Made by a program: the position numbers and the translations under genes. A DNA stretch of 64,000 bases from a bacterium (lineage in GTDB: Bacteria; Patescibacteriota; Minisyncoccia; Phycocordibacterales; UBA1006): assembly GCA_037144045.1 (NCBI GenBank), contig JBAWXN010000001.1:66487-130486 (forward strand), written 5' to 3'. The notes under the pieces are model-generated. The model was not told where the DNA came from and did no database searches. It worked only from the letters and a program-made list of their open reading frames with translations. Of the stretch, positions 18,501-27,852 are shown piece after piece. Each line of letters opens with the position of its first letter. The stretch's first letter is position 1.

Positions 18501-19151
18501 CAGAAAACAATTGTAGTGTTATCTGATTCAGCAAAATCTGATGCAGATAAATCAAAGGAATACCCTGTTGATCCACGACGTACTGTTTCAGTTAAAGTAG
18601 GGCAACAAGTAAATGTTGGAGACCTTATGACTGATGGTGCTGCAGATCCACAATCACTGTATGCTATTGCTGGATTCCATCGAGTTCAGGAATACATTAT
18701 TAGTGAAATTAACAAGGTGTATGAATTGCACAGTGCGCCAATTTCTCGAAAGCACTTGGAGATCATTGTGCGACAGATGTTCTCACGTATTCGTATCAAG
18801 AAAGCAAATGATACGGCGTTTACTACAGGACAAATTGTTGAACGAGGTGAATTTACCAAGCGCAACCGTATTGCTGAAGAATCAAACGGACTTGCCGCAG
18901 AAGGACTTGAACTCCTCCGAGGAATTACCGAAGTTTCACTTACGGCTAAATCATGGATGTCAGCCTCTGCGTTCGAACGTGTAACACGAGTATTGGTAAA
19001 CAATGCTATTGAAGCAGGACATGATGAGTTGCGAGGACTTATGGAAAACGTAATGATCGGAAACTTGATTCCAGCAGGAACAGGGTTGTCTGATGAATTC
19101 GTACCAGCCCTTAAAGACATTGTACGAACTACCGAAGAAGTGGCTGAATAA
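15513..19151 (+). CDS. rpoC: DNA-directed RNA polymerase subunit beta'
   Basis: Zn-finger [23 protein letters not shown]. Catalytic NADFDGDQM. Conserved C-terminal blocks. Length 1212 aa. Confidence 0.95.
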   Translation: [1212 protein letters not shown]

Positions 19152-19165
19152 TTTTAAGTAACACT

Positions 19166-20872
19166 ATGAATCGAAATACTGTTGAAACAATTAAACAGAA
19201 ACTATCGATTGAGTCGGTAGTGGGTTCATATGTGAAACTTGAAAAATCAGGAAAGAATTTTCGTGCCTGTTGTCCTTTTCATAATGAAAAGTCACCAAGT
19301 TTTTACGTAACAACAGATCGTGGTATTTACTATTGCTACGGTTGCCATAAAGGGGGAGACATATTCAGCTTTGTTCAAGAAATTGAAGGAGTTGCATTTG
19401 TTGATGCTCTTAAGACACTTGCCGAAAAAGCAGGGGTGACGCTCAATGACTACGCAGGCGAACAACCAAGCCGCGTAGGCATTTTGCGTGACATAATGGA
19501 AACGGCAACTAAATATTATGAAGTAGGATTGCGAACCAACAAGTCGGTAGTTGATTATCTGTTGGGACGAAGTATGACCAAAGAAACGATGGTTGCGTTT
19601 CGTGTTGGCTATGCTCAACAAGGATGGTCAGGGCTCTATGATGTTCTTAAGAAGAAATATTCTGATCAAGACATTCTTGCAACAGGGTTATGTATCCAAG
19701 GACAAAAAGGATTGTATGACCGATTTCGAGAACGCATTATGTTTCCTATTATGGACGCCCAGGGACGTGTTATTGCATTTACCGGGCGCGTGATGCCAGG
19801 AACCGAAGAAGCATCGAGGCCAGTGGGGAAATACATCAATTCACCAGAAACAGATTTGTATCATAAATCAGCAGTACTATTTGCCTTTGATAAAGCCAAG
19901 ACGAGTATTCATACAAATAACTTCGTCATCCTTGTAGAAGGACAAATGGATGCGATTATGAGTCATCAAGCAGGAATTACGAATTTAGTTGCACTTTCTG
20001 GTACTGCGAGTACCGAATTACAAATGAAGCAAATTGCTCGATTTACGAACAATGTAGCTATTTGTTTAGATGCTGATAATGCAGGACTTGCTGCAGCGCA
20101 GAAGACTGCTATGGTTGCGTACGCTCATGATATGAAGGTATTGGTCATTGATATTACTCAAGGGAAGGACCCAGCTGATATGGTTGCAGAAAACCCTGAG
20201 TTATGGAAAGAAACGGTGCGCCATCGAAAAGATTTCATTACATTTCGTCTAGAAAAAATGAAACAGCAGGGAAGTCTTGAAAACAAGGTCGCCATTGCTC
20301 ATAAAGAACTGTTTCCGATACTGGGATATATTCAATCACAAATAACATTGGATGATCGTCTCGGTGAAATTGCACACGTATTTGGATCAAGTACGATTGA
20401 ACCAGTTCGTAAAGAATTTGAAAAATTCATGCAACAGCAAGCACTTGATCCTATAGCACCACGTGATCAAGTATCAATGCCTCGTGTGGAGAAAGATCAA
20501 AAGAAAGAACTCGGAGAACGTATGATAGGAATCCTCTTGTTAGTCGAATCCCTTGAGTCGTTCCAGAAGTTACGCGAGACGTTTGAAAAAGTAGTTGGTT
20601 CTTTCGAAAATGCAAAACAGTCCATGACTGAACAACATCAAAAAGAAATCATGTTCCAGTGTGAACAAGTGCTTGGTGAACTTCCCGATATGATGCCTGC
20701 ATACGTGCGCGCATTTATGAATGATAGTGTTAGTTATGAATTGTTAGGTATTGATACTGAGCGCAAACGCCTCAGTGAGATCCTTGGGGTAGACCCAGGA
20801 AATACTGATATCCTTAAACAGATGCACACGCTCCAGGTTCGAAAAGACGAGCTCGTTCGTACTCGTCATTAA
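19166..20872 (+). CDS. dnaG: DNA primase
   Basis: CHC2 zinc finger [18 protein letters not shown] region ([16 protein letters not shown]). Confidence 0.9.
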   Translation: MNRNTVETIKQKLSIESVVGSYVKLEKSGKNFRACCPFHNEKSPSFYVTTDRGIYYCYGCHKGGDIFSFVQEIEGVAFVDALKTLAEKAGVTLNDYAGEQPSRVGILRDIMETATKYYEVGLRTNKSVVDYLLGRSMTKETMVAFRVGYAQQGWSGLYDVLKKKYSDQDILATGLCIQGQKGLYDRFRERIMFPIMDAQGRVIAFTGRVMPGTEEASRPVGKYINSPETDLYHKSAVLFAFDKAKTSIHTNNFVILVEGQMDAIMSHQAGITNLVALSGTASTELQMKQIARFTNNVAICLDADNAGLAAAQKTAMVAYAHDMKVLVIDITQGKDPADMVAENPELWKETVRHRKDFITFRLEKMKQQGSLENKVAIAHKELFPILGYIQSQITLDDRLGEIAHVFGSSTIEPVRKEFEKFMQQQALDPIAPRDQVSMPRVEKDQKKELGERMIGILLLVESLESFQKLRETFEKVVGSFENAKQSMTEQHQKEIMFQCEQVLGELPDMMPAYVRAFMNDSVSYELLGIDTERKRLSEILGVDPGNTDILKQMHTLQVRKDELVRTRH

Positions 20873-20885
20873 TTGCACAAAGCTT

Positions 20886-22148
20886 ATGCCAAAACCAATC
20901 AAAAAAAAGACAACTAAAAAAGTAGCTCCAAAAAAAGTTGCCAAAAAGGCTCCTGTTAAAAAAGTAGCACCTAAGAAAGTTGCTGCGAAAAAAGTTGTTA
21001 AATCAACAAAAAAAGTAGCACCTAAAAAGGTAGCCAAGAAAAAAGGTGATTCAATGCCTGCTAAAGGACTCACTAAGGAAGAGATTAATGCGCGAGTAGC
21101 AGTATTACTTGATAAAGGAAAAAAACGACGGTTTCTTACCTATGATGAAATCCTTAAAGCGTTTCCTGATATTGAAGAAGATGTATTGTTCCTTGATGAA
21201 TTGTATGGGAAATTCGGTGATGCGGGAATTGATGTTATTGAAACAGGGGGACTCCTTTCTATGGATCCCGAACCAGATCCAGAACTTTCTGGTCGTCGGT
21301 ATGATCGCGCATCATCATCAAATGATTCTGTGCAAATGTATCTCAAGGAAATTGGAAAATATCCTTTGATTCGCGCTGCAGAAGAACGAGACCTTGCACA
21401 GAAGATTCTTGCAGGTGATGACGAAGCGCGCAACCTTCTTGCCCAAGCAAACTTGCGTTTAGTGGTGTCTATTGCGAAGAAATATTCTACACGTAGTGCA
21501 GACCTCACCCTCCTTGATTTAATTCAAGAAGGAAACATTGGATTGTATAAGGCAGTTGAAAAATTTGACTGGACGAAAGGATTTAAATTTTCTACGTATG
21601 CGACTTGGTGGATTCGACAGTCGATTACTCGAGCCTTGGCTGACCAGTCTCGAACGATTCGTATTCCGGTGCATATGGTTGAAACGATTTCAAAGTACAA
21701 GCAAGTAACGCGACGCCTTGAACAAGACCTGGGACGAACACCATTACCCGAAGAAATCGCTACCGAGATGGGTATTGAGGTAGAAAAGATCTATATGATT
21801 AACAAAATTAATCAATCTACGAAATCACTCGAAGAATCTATTGGTGGATCTGATGATGATAAGTCTACTCTTTCTGAATTCGTTGCTGATGACAAAATTA
21901 TGTCGCCTGACCGCGAAGCATCAAAACGAATATTACAAGATCAGTTTAAAGACATTCTCAACGATCTGTCACCTAAAGAGCAAAAGATTATTGAAATGCG
22001 TTATGGATTGATTGATGGTATTAATCACACGTTAGAAGAAGTAGGAAAGGAATTCGGGGTAACTCGTGAACGTATCCGACAAATCGAAGCAAAAGTACAT
22101 GATAAGATCCGTGCTAACGAAAAGATCATGAAGTTGCGAGACTACTAA
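20886..22148 (+). CDS. rpoD: RNA polymerase sigma factor, primary sigma-70 type, with lysine/alanine/proline-rich N-terminal tail
   Basis: Region 1.2, 2 ([26 protein letters not shown]), 3 and 4.2 ([20 protein letters not shown]) are present. The first 56 codons encode [11 protein letters not shown] repeats. An alternative internal start is the Met at 21054. Confidence 0.88.
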   Translation: MPKPIKKKTTKKVAPKKVAKKAPVKKVAPKKVAAKKVVKSTKKVAPKKVAKKKGDSMPAKGLTKEEINARVAVLLDKGKKRRFLTYDEILKAFPDIEEDVLFLDELYGKFGDAGIDVIETGGLLSMDPEPDPELSGRRYDRASSSNDSVQMYLKEIGKYPLIRAAEERDLAQKILAGDDEARNLLAQANLRLVVSIAKKYSTRSADLTLLDLIQEGNIGLYKAVEKFDWTKGFKFSTYATWWIRQSITRALADQSRTIRIPVHMVETISKYKQVTRRLEQDLGRTPLPEEIATEMGIEVEKIYMINKINQSTKSLEESIGGSDDDKSTLSEFVADDKIMSPDREASKRILQDQFKDILNDLSPKEQKIIEMRYGLIDGINHTLEEVGKEFGVTRERIRQIEAKVHDKIRANEKIMKLRDY

Positions 22149-22160
22149 CAGAATTATTGT

Positions 22161-23396
22161 ATGGATTTTATTCAAAACGCACTCATATATACATCATTGT
22201 TCCTTGCGATTTACTTTCAAGTATTTCTATTTCTAACTTATATTGGGTGGCGAGAACATAAAGACGATCTACCTGGATTTGCTTCAGAAGACGCATTACC
22301 ATCAGTTTCGATTATGGTGCCCTGTTATAACGAAGAATCAACGGTTGTGGGAACTATTGAATCACTCCTTGCATCACATTATCCAAAAAGCAAGCTGAAA
22401 ATTGTAGTTATTGATGATGGATCGAAAGATGGCACATGGGTCAATGTTCAACCGTTTGCGCATAATTCACAAGTGGTCTTGCTTCAGAAGAAAAATGAAG
22501 GAAGTAAATTCGCAGCGCTCAACTTTGGATTACGTCACGTTACAACTGATATTGTGGGGTGCCTCGACGCAGATTCGTCGGTAGACAGCTTTGCTATTCG
22601 CAATTCAGTACAATGGTTTTCACGTGATGATGTAGGAGGTGTGGTACCTTCAATGGTTATTGATAATCCAAAGAGTATCATGCAGCACATGCAAAAAGTT
22701 GAATATGAAATAGCTACGTACCTTAAACAAGTACTCCACCAACTTGAATCGTTATATGTAGCTCCGGGACCACTTACACTCTTTAGAAAAAAGGTATTTG
22801 ACACCTTGGGTGAATATAAAGAAGCACATCATACGGAAGACTTAGAAATTGCGCTGCGCATGCAAATAGCGGGAATGCGACTCGTGCATTCTAAGGAGTC
22901 ATTGGTATATACCAAAGGTCCACGTACCTGGCCAGCGCTCCTTAAACAGCGCATTAGATGGACCTATGGGTTTATCAAGAATGTTCAAGACTATCGAGCC
23001 TATCTATTTTCGGCTCAGCTGGGTGATCTTTCGTTCTTTATTTTACCGTTTGCAATAATTTCATTGATTGTTGCCGTGCTCATGTTACCATTTACGGTAT
23101 GGCAAATTGTGGTACCTATTGTTACTACAGTGCAGCGGATCCTTACGGTTGGGTTTCATTTTTCACAACCTTCGTTTGATATTTTCTCCATCCCTAATCA
23201 AGGCTATGCCTGGCTTGGATACTTTGGATTACTATTCTTAGTATTCTCATTAGTTATTGGACGCAGAATCATACTGAAACAAAAATTACTGTCTTTTGAT
23301 TTATTAACAACACTTATCTATCCGTTCTTTGCATCATGGTGGACGCTACGTTCACTATGGAATGCCATCTGGTCAAAGAAAAGCAGTTGGCGATAA
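22161..23396 (+). CDS. membrane-embedded family-2 glycosyltransferase (processive synthase-like)
   Basis: GT2 motifs VPCYNEE, DDGSKDGT, DAD and QRIRWTYG (QxxRW), flanked by TM helices. Confidence 0.7.
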   Translation: MDFIQNALIYTSLFLAIYFQVFLFLTYIGWREHKDDLPGFASEDALPSVSIMVPCYNEESTVVGTIESLLASHYPKSKLKIVVIDDGSKDGTWVNVQPFAHNSQVVLLQKKNEGSKFAALNFGLRHVTTDIVGCLDADSSVDSFAIRNSVQWFSRDDVGGVVPSMVIDNPKSIMQHMQKVEYEIATYLKQVLHQLESLYVAPGPLTLFRKKVFDTLGEYKEAHHTEDLEIALRMQIAGMRLVHSKESLVYTKGPRTWPALLKQRIRWTYGFIKNVQDYRAYLFSAQLGDLSFFILPFAIISLIVAVLMLPFTVWQIVVPIVTTVQRILTVGFHFSQPSFDIFSIPNQGYAWLGYFGLLFLVFSLVIGRRIILKQKLLSFDLLTTLIYPFFASWWTLRSLWNAIWSKKSSWR

Positions 23397-23417
23397 TCAG
23401 CTAATTATTATATTGCT

Positions 23418-24110
23418 ATGAAAAAAAATATTGAATGGTTTAAATATGTTGCAACTCTCTTAATTACGGCAGGGCTGTTCTTTACTGTCTTCTACGTAAC
23501 TAAAGTGGTTAATGAACGTAGGTTCTCAGAAATTAAGTCTATCCAAGATAAGATTTCTATTGACTTGCTTTCATCTGAAACGCAATTTGCTCTCTTGAAT
23601 AGTACTGATTGTTCTATTAATGCGAGTTCGATTCTTGCTCCTGAGATTGAAAAATTAGGTGACAGACTTTCTGTTATGGAAGTACAGCTCGGTACAAAAA
23701 ATGATGATGTGATTAGCCTTAAAAAATACTACTCACTCCTTCAGATCAAGGATTATATGCTTACTAAGGCACTTGCTGCACGATGTAAAGTAAAGCCAGT
23801 TACTATCTTATACTTCTACACTAATGATTGTTCTGAATGTACGAAACAAGGTTACGTTCTCACTACACTTCGTGAAAAATATCCACAAATTCGTATTTAC
23901 GCATTTGATTCAAACCTTGATCTTTCAGCAATAAAAACACTTGAAACGATTAACGTTATTTCAGGAGAACGACCAAGTATTGTAATTGATGGAATTACTT
24001 ACGCAGGCTTTAAGTCAGTAGAAGACATTGAAAAAGCGCTCGGTAAGCAATTAAAACGATTACAAGAACCAGTGAATATTCGTTCAACCAGTTCAACTAC
24101 TTCGTCTTAA
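23418..24110 (+). CDS. membrane-anchored thioredoxin-fold protein (CxxC)
   Basis: N-terminal TM helix. CSEC motif within YFYTNDCSECTKQGY (thioredoxin-like). Function is a guess. Confidence 0.4.
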   Translation: MKKNIEWFKYVATLLITAGLFFTVFYVTKVVNERRFSEIKSIQDKISIDLLSSETQFALLNSTDCSINASSILAPEIEKLGDRLSVMEVQLGTKNDDVISLKKYYSLLQIKDYMLTKALAARCKVKPVTILYFYTNDCSECTKQGYVLTTLREKYPQIRIYAFDSNLDLSAIKTLETINVISGERPSIVIDGITYAGFKSVEDIEKALGKQLKRLQEPVNIRSTSSTTSS

Positions 24111-24125
24111 TAATGAAGTGATTAT

Positions 24126-24147
24126 AAAAACCCCAGAAGGGGTTTTT
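24126..24147. terminator. rho-independent terminator
   Basis: aaaaaccccagaaggggttttt. Confidence 0.8.
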
Positions 24148-24161
24148 ATAATGGGTACGTG

Positions 24162-24234
24162 AGCCGCTTCCCAGATTCGAACTGGGGACCTTCACTTTAC
24201 AAAAGTGTTGCTCTACCAACTGAGCTAAAGCGGC
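24162..24234 (-). tRNA. tRNA-Thr (anticodon UGU)
   Basis: Reverse complement GCCGCTTTAGCTCAGTTGGTAGAGCAACACTTTTGTAAAGTGAAGGTCCCCAGTTCGAATCTGGGAAGCGGCT has a 7-bp acceptor stem, D-arm GCTC/GAGC, anticodon loop TTTGTAA and T-arm CCCAG-TTCGAAT-CTGGG. CCA is not encoded. Confidence 0.85.
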
Positions 24235-24275
24235 AGTATCACCTAACTGGATTACCCAGATAGGTGATTATCTTA

Positions 24276-24686
24276 TCATAGAGAATCGTCAATTTCAACT
24301 GGTTTTTCTGCTGGTACGTGGTCTCGTAGGGAGCGAGATTTTTTCTCGTTCTTGCGTACCTTGTTCCAGAACTCAGAAGGGTGGCGAATACTATCGTGAG
24401 TATGTTCGTACAAGAATCCGCGAATTTTTTTCTTGAGCACTTGTTTAACGGTTACTTTTTCTGAAAGTTTTCGATACCAGTGAATCATCCAAATAAGAAG
24501 CCATTTGATCCATGCTCGTAATAACGAGCGTGCATATTGAATAACTCCTGATTCAAAGTTTTCTGGATGGAGGATGTACCACGCGTCCCCTGAAGGGGTG
24601 TTGGAGTGAGACCATTTAGGATGACTAATCCAAAGTGTAGTACTAATTCCTACAAGTCCTAGGACGATAAGAATGATATAGATCAT
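24276..24686 (-). CDS. hypothetical membrane protein (136 aa)
   Basis: N-terminal TM helix. No recognised motif. Lies immediately downstream of tsf. Confidence 0.4.
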   Translation of the reverse strand: MIYIILIVLGLVGISTTLWISHPKWSHSNTPSGDAWYILHPENFESGVIQYARSLLRAWIKWLLIWMIHWYRKLSEKVTVKQVLKKKIRGFLYEHTHDSIRHPSEFWNKVRKNEKKSRSLRDHVPAEKPVEIDDSL

Positions 24687-24688
24687 AT

Positions 24689-25141
24689 TTAGATACTATA
24701 TCGCACAAAACGACTGATTTCAACACGTTCACCGGTCTTTTGTACTAACCCATCAACAACTTGTTTAATGGTAAGTTCAGGATTCATAATGAATGACTGC
24801 TCAAGGAGTGCGGTAACGTCTTCTGGTTCCATAGCACCAATGTGCATAGCGATTTGATTTGCAGCAGCAACGAATTCTTCGTTTTGAGCTACGAAATCAG
24901 TTTCGCATGAAAGTTCAAGAAGAACTCCCATTTTTTTGTTACCATGAATGTACGCAGCAACAATTCCAGCTCCGATCGTTCGATCTGATTTCTTTTCAGC
25001 TTGTGAAGCAGCGATAGCACGGAGTGCTACACGAGCTTGTTCCATGTCCCCGTTAGCTTCTTCGAGCGCCTTTTTGCATTGCATTATTGAAATTCCTGTT
25101 TCTTCTCGCAATGACTTGATCATATCAGCGGTGATGTCCAT
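24689..25141 (-). CDS. tsf: elongation factor Ts (short form)
   Basis: N-terminal UBA-like EF-Ts motif IKSLREETGISIMQCKKALEEANGDMEQA and DFVAQNEEF block. Only 150 aa. Sits downstream of rpsB as in the canonical operon. Confidence 0.7.
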   Translation of the reverse strand: MDITADMIKSLREETGISIMQCKKALEEANGDMEQARVALRAIAASQAEKKSDRTIGAGIVAAYIHGNKKMGVLLELSCETDFVAQNEEFVAAANQIAMHIGAMEPEDVTALLEQSFIMNPELTIKQVVDGLVQKTGERVEISRFVRYSI

Positions 25142-25172
25142 AATTTTGAAAGATTAAGAGTTATTAAAAGTA

Positions 25173-25850
25173 CTAGTTTCCTTTATAAGCAGCGATGAAT
25201 CGGTTGAGGATGAATTCAATTGCTTTTTTGTTAGCATCGTTTCCGATAACTGGATAAGCAACTGGTTTAATGTTGCAGTCTGTGTTGCAGAGCGCAATTA
25301 CGGGAATACCAATTTGATTTGCTTCAGTGATGGCAATAGCTTCTTCTGCGGCGTCGATTACTACCAAGGCTCCTGGGAGTCCTTTCATAGTAGTAAGTCC
25401 ACCAAATCGTCGTCCTAGTTTTTCGATTTTTCGTTCAAGGAGGAGTTTTTCCTTCTTGGTTTTTGTAATTGTCTCAAGTTCGTTCTTTTCTTGTTTATCA
25501 GAAAGGTCTTCAAACAAAGTAACGCGTGACTTTATTTGTTTTTCGTTAGTAAGCGTACCTCCAATCCATCGGATTTCCACGTAAGGCATTCCAATTGAAT
25601 CAGCAGCATTTTTAACTGCGTCTTTTGCTTCTGGTTTTGTTCCTACGAAAAGGATCTGTTTTCCTGTAGAACCAAGTGTTTTAAGGATTTCTTCGGCAGT
25701 TGCAAGAGATTTAACAGTTTTTTCCAAATCGATAATATCGGTTCGGTTTTTTGTTCCATAGAGGAACGGTTTTGTAGTAGGGTGACGTCGAGTACGGGTG
25801 TAACCGTAATGAGCACCTACTGCGAAAAGTTCTTTTACAAGATTTTCCAT
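25173..25850 (-). CDS. rpsB: 30S ribosomal protein S2
   Basis: GAHYGYTRTRRHPTTKPFLYGTKNRTDIIDLEKT matches the S2 N-terminal signature. Length 225 aa. Confidence 0.85.
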   Translation of the reverse strand: MENLVKELFAVGAHYGYTRTRRHPTTKPFLYGTKNRTDIIDLEKTVKSLATAEEILKTLGSTGKQILFVGTKPEAKDAVKNAADSIGMPYVEIRWIGGTLTNEKQIKSRVTLFEDLSDKQEKNELETITKTKKEKLLLERKIEKLGRRFGGLTTMKGLPGALVVIDAAEEAIAITEANQIGIPVIALCNTDCNIKPVAYPVIGNDANKKAIEFILNRFIAAYKGN

Positions 25851-26050
25851 GTAGTTGACTACAGAATTTGCACAAAAGGCAGGTTTAATAATAAAGCCTT
25901 TTGTTGGCCTAGGTGACGCCTAGGGAAATAGCCTGTTTTTTCAGGCTTGGAAATGTCCAAGTACCTTGAAAAATAAGCTATTTCTACAATCTGTATGACG
26001 GGGAGACTATAACATAAAACTCTTATTTTGAAAAGGCTTAGTGATACAAT

Positions 26051-26079
26051 TTGACAAAATTAAAAATATTATTTATTAT
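26051..26079 (+). promoter_or_regulatory. sigma70-like promoter (TTGACA-17-TATTAT) upstream of CPBP gene
   Basis: ttgacaaaattaaaaatattatttattat. Confidence 0.45.
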
Positions 26080-26108
26080 ACAATTTTGCACTTTTAAAAA
26101 CAGGATAA

Positions 26109-26492
26109 ATGAATAATCTTGAGAGTTCTGCCTTGGTAGAGTATTTATTTAATCATGCATTTCACGAAGAACTTATTTTTCGATTTTTACCCCTTACCTT
26201 TTTTGCGCGATGGGTATATTACGAAAATAAAATTAAGTGTGATACTTCATCATTTCGAACTATTGCAGTGATTGCCGTAAGTTCCATTATTTTCGGTTGG
26301 CTTCACGGAGGCTTTTGGAATATTTTTGTTCAAGGGGTATATGGAGTTGTTTTTGCGACAATTTTCATATTTACTGCAAACAAAATGCCTACTTCGTTTG
26401 GTCGTGGTACTCGATCAGTAATTGGATTGTATGCTGCTACGTGTTTCCATGCATTTTCAAATTACGCAATAATGTCAGCAGCCTTAAACTAG
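26109..26492 (+). CDS. CPBP-family (CAAX/Abi) intramembrane metalloprotease-like protein, short
   Basis: Motifs EELIFRF (EExxxR), FGWLHG (FxxxH) and HAFSNY (HxxxN) on a hydrophobic background. Length 127 aa. Confidence 0.55.
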   Translation: MNNLESSALVEYLFNHAFHEELIFRFLPLTFFARWVYYENKIKCDTSSFRTIAVIAVSSIIFGWLHGGFWNIFVQGVYGVVFATIFIFTANKMPTSFGRGTRSVIGLYAATCFHAFSNYAIMSAALN

Positions 26493-26506
26493 TGATTGTA
26501 AACAAG

Positions 26507-26528
26507 ACCTGATTATTTCAGGTTTTTT
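26507..26528 (+). terminator. rho-independent terminator
   Basis: acctgattatttcaggt followed by ttttt. Confidence 0.7.
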
Positions 26529-26540
26529 ATTTTATTCAAT

Positions 26541-26569
26541 TTGTAAAAAACCTATTTTTACGATATAGT
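26541..26569 (+). promoter_or_regulatory. sigma70-like promoter for proS (TTGTAA-17-TATAGT), leaderless configuration
   Basis: The -10 ends at 26569 and the ATG is at 26577. Confidence 0.55.
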
Positions 26570-26576
26570 TGCCCAT

Positions 26577-27821
26577 ATGCGACAATCTCAATTGTTTACC
26601 AAAACTCGTAAAGAAGCTCCGGCGGATGAAGTTTCAAAAAATGCGCAACTCTTAATCAAGGGTGGTTTTATTCATAAAGAAATGGCAGGAGTGTATTCGT
26701 TACTACCACTTGGTTTCAAAGTAATAAATAAAATAAAGAAAATCGTTGCTCGTGAAATGGAAAAGTTGGGATCACAAGAAATCATTATGTCCACACTACA
26801 AGCACGTGACATTTGGGAGAAAACAGATCGATGGAGTGATGAAAAGGTAGATATCTGGTTTAAAACTGAACTAAAAAACGGAAATCAAATTGGACTTGGT
26901 TGGTCACATGAGGAGCCGATTACTAATATGATAAAGGATCATATTAATAGTTATAAGGACCTTCCTGTTTTTGTACACCAATTTCAAAACAAGTTACGTA
27001 ATGAATCTCGCGCTAAAAGTGGTGTAATGCGATGTCGTGAATTCATAATGAAGGACATGTATTCGTATGCTATTTCTGAAGAGCAGCATATGGATTTCTA
27101 TGATAAAACCATTGATGCATATATGGAGGTATATAAGAAACTTGGATTGGGAGATATTACTTATGTAACTTCTGCATCAGGTGGGGTATTTACTGATAAA
27201 TTCAGTCATGAATTTCAAACACTTTGTGAGGTAGGCGAAGATATTATTTATGTTCATAAGGAAAAATCAGTTGCGGTTAACGAAGAAATTTTTAATGAAG
27301 AATCGTTAAATAAGTTAGGTTATAAGGCAGAAGACTTTGAAATGAAAAAAGCTGCAGAAGTCGGAAACATTTTTACATTTGGCACAAAAAAATGCGAAGA
27401 AATGGAACTTTTCTTTATGGATAGAGAAGGGAAAAAGCAACCTGTATTTTTGGGTTCATATGGAATTGGAATAACTCGCCTCATGGGAGTAATCACTGAA
27501 ATATTTGCCGATGATAAAGGGATGATTTGGCCAGAAAGCATTGCACCATTTAAGGTTCATCTTATCCAATTAGGTTCTGTTGCCGATCAAGCTACTGCTT
27601 TGTATGAAAAACTTATCAAGCAGGGAATCGAAGTTCTCCTAGATGATCGCGATATGGGGGCAGGTGCAAAATTTGCAGATGCAGATTTAATTGGTATTCC
27701 GTATCGAGTCCTTATTTCTGATAAATCACTAGAAAAAGGTGGATTGGAATTTAAAAAGCGAAACGACACAGAAGCGAAAATAATTACTGAAAGTGAACTC
27801 TTAACTATTTTAAGCAAATAA
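26577..27821 (+). CDS. proS: prolyl-tRNA synthetase (compact form without INS editing domain)
   Basis: Class II aaRS motifs (YSLLPLGFKV, FIMKDMYSY, GSYGIGITRLMG) and a C-terminal anticodon-binding domain. Length 414 aa. Confidence 0.75.
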   Translation: MRQSQLFTKTRKEAPADEVSKNAQLLIKGGFIHKEMAGVYSLLPLGFKVINKIKKIVAREMEKLGSQEIIMSTLQARDIWEKTDRWSDEKVDIWFKTELKNGNQIGLGWSHEEPITNMIKDHINSYKDLPVFVHQFQNKLRNESRAKSGVMRCREFIMKDMYSYAISEEQHMDFYDKTIDAYMEVYKKLGLGDITYVTSASGGVFTDKFSHEFQTLCEVGEDIIYVHKEKSVAVNEEIFNEESLNKLGYKAEDFEMKKAAEVGNIFTFGTKKCEEMELFFMDREGKKQPVFLGSYGIGITRLMGVITEIFADDKGMIWPESIAPFKVHLIQLGSVADQATALYEKLIKQGIEVLLDDRDMGAGAKFADADLIGIPYRVLISDKSLEKGGLEFKKRNDTEAKIITESELLTILSK

Positions 27822-27848
27822 AAATTCCCGCAACGTGCGGGTTTTTTA
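27822..27848. terminator. bidirectional rho-independent terminator
   Basis: aaaattcccgcaacgtgcgggtttttt between convergent genes. Confidence 0.8.
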
Positions 27849-27852
27849 ATTA

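Noticed and set aside
20744-21073. 109-aa minus-strand ORF rich in Phe/Leu/Ala/Thr
   Set aside because: Mirror-image translation of the rpoD KKVAPKK repeat, so a sequence-composition artefact.
24111-24275. tRNA-Thr as a possible integration site or prophage boundary
   Set aside because: No integrase, direct repeat of the tRNA 3' end, or phage-like genes flank it. The neighbours are tsf/rpsB and ordinary genes.
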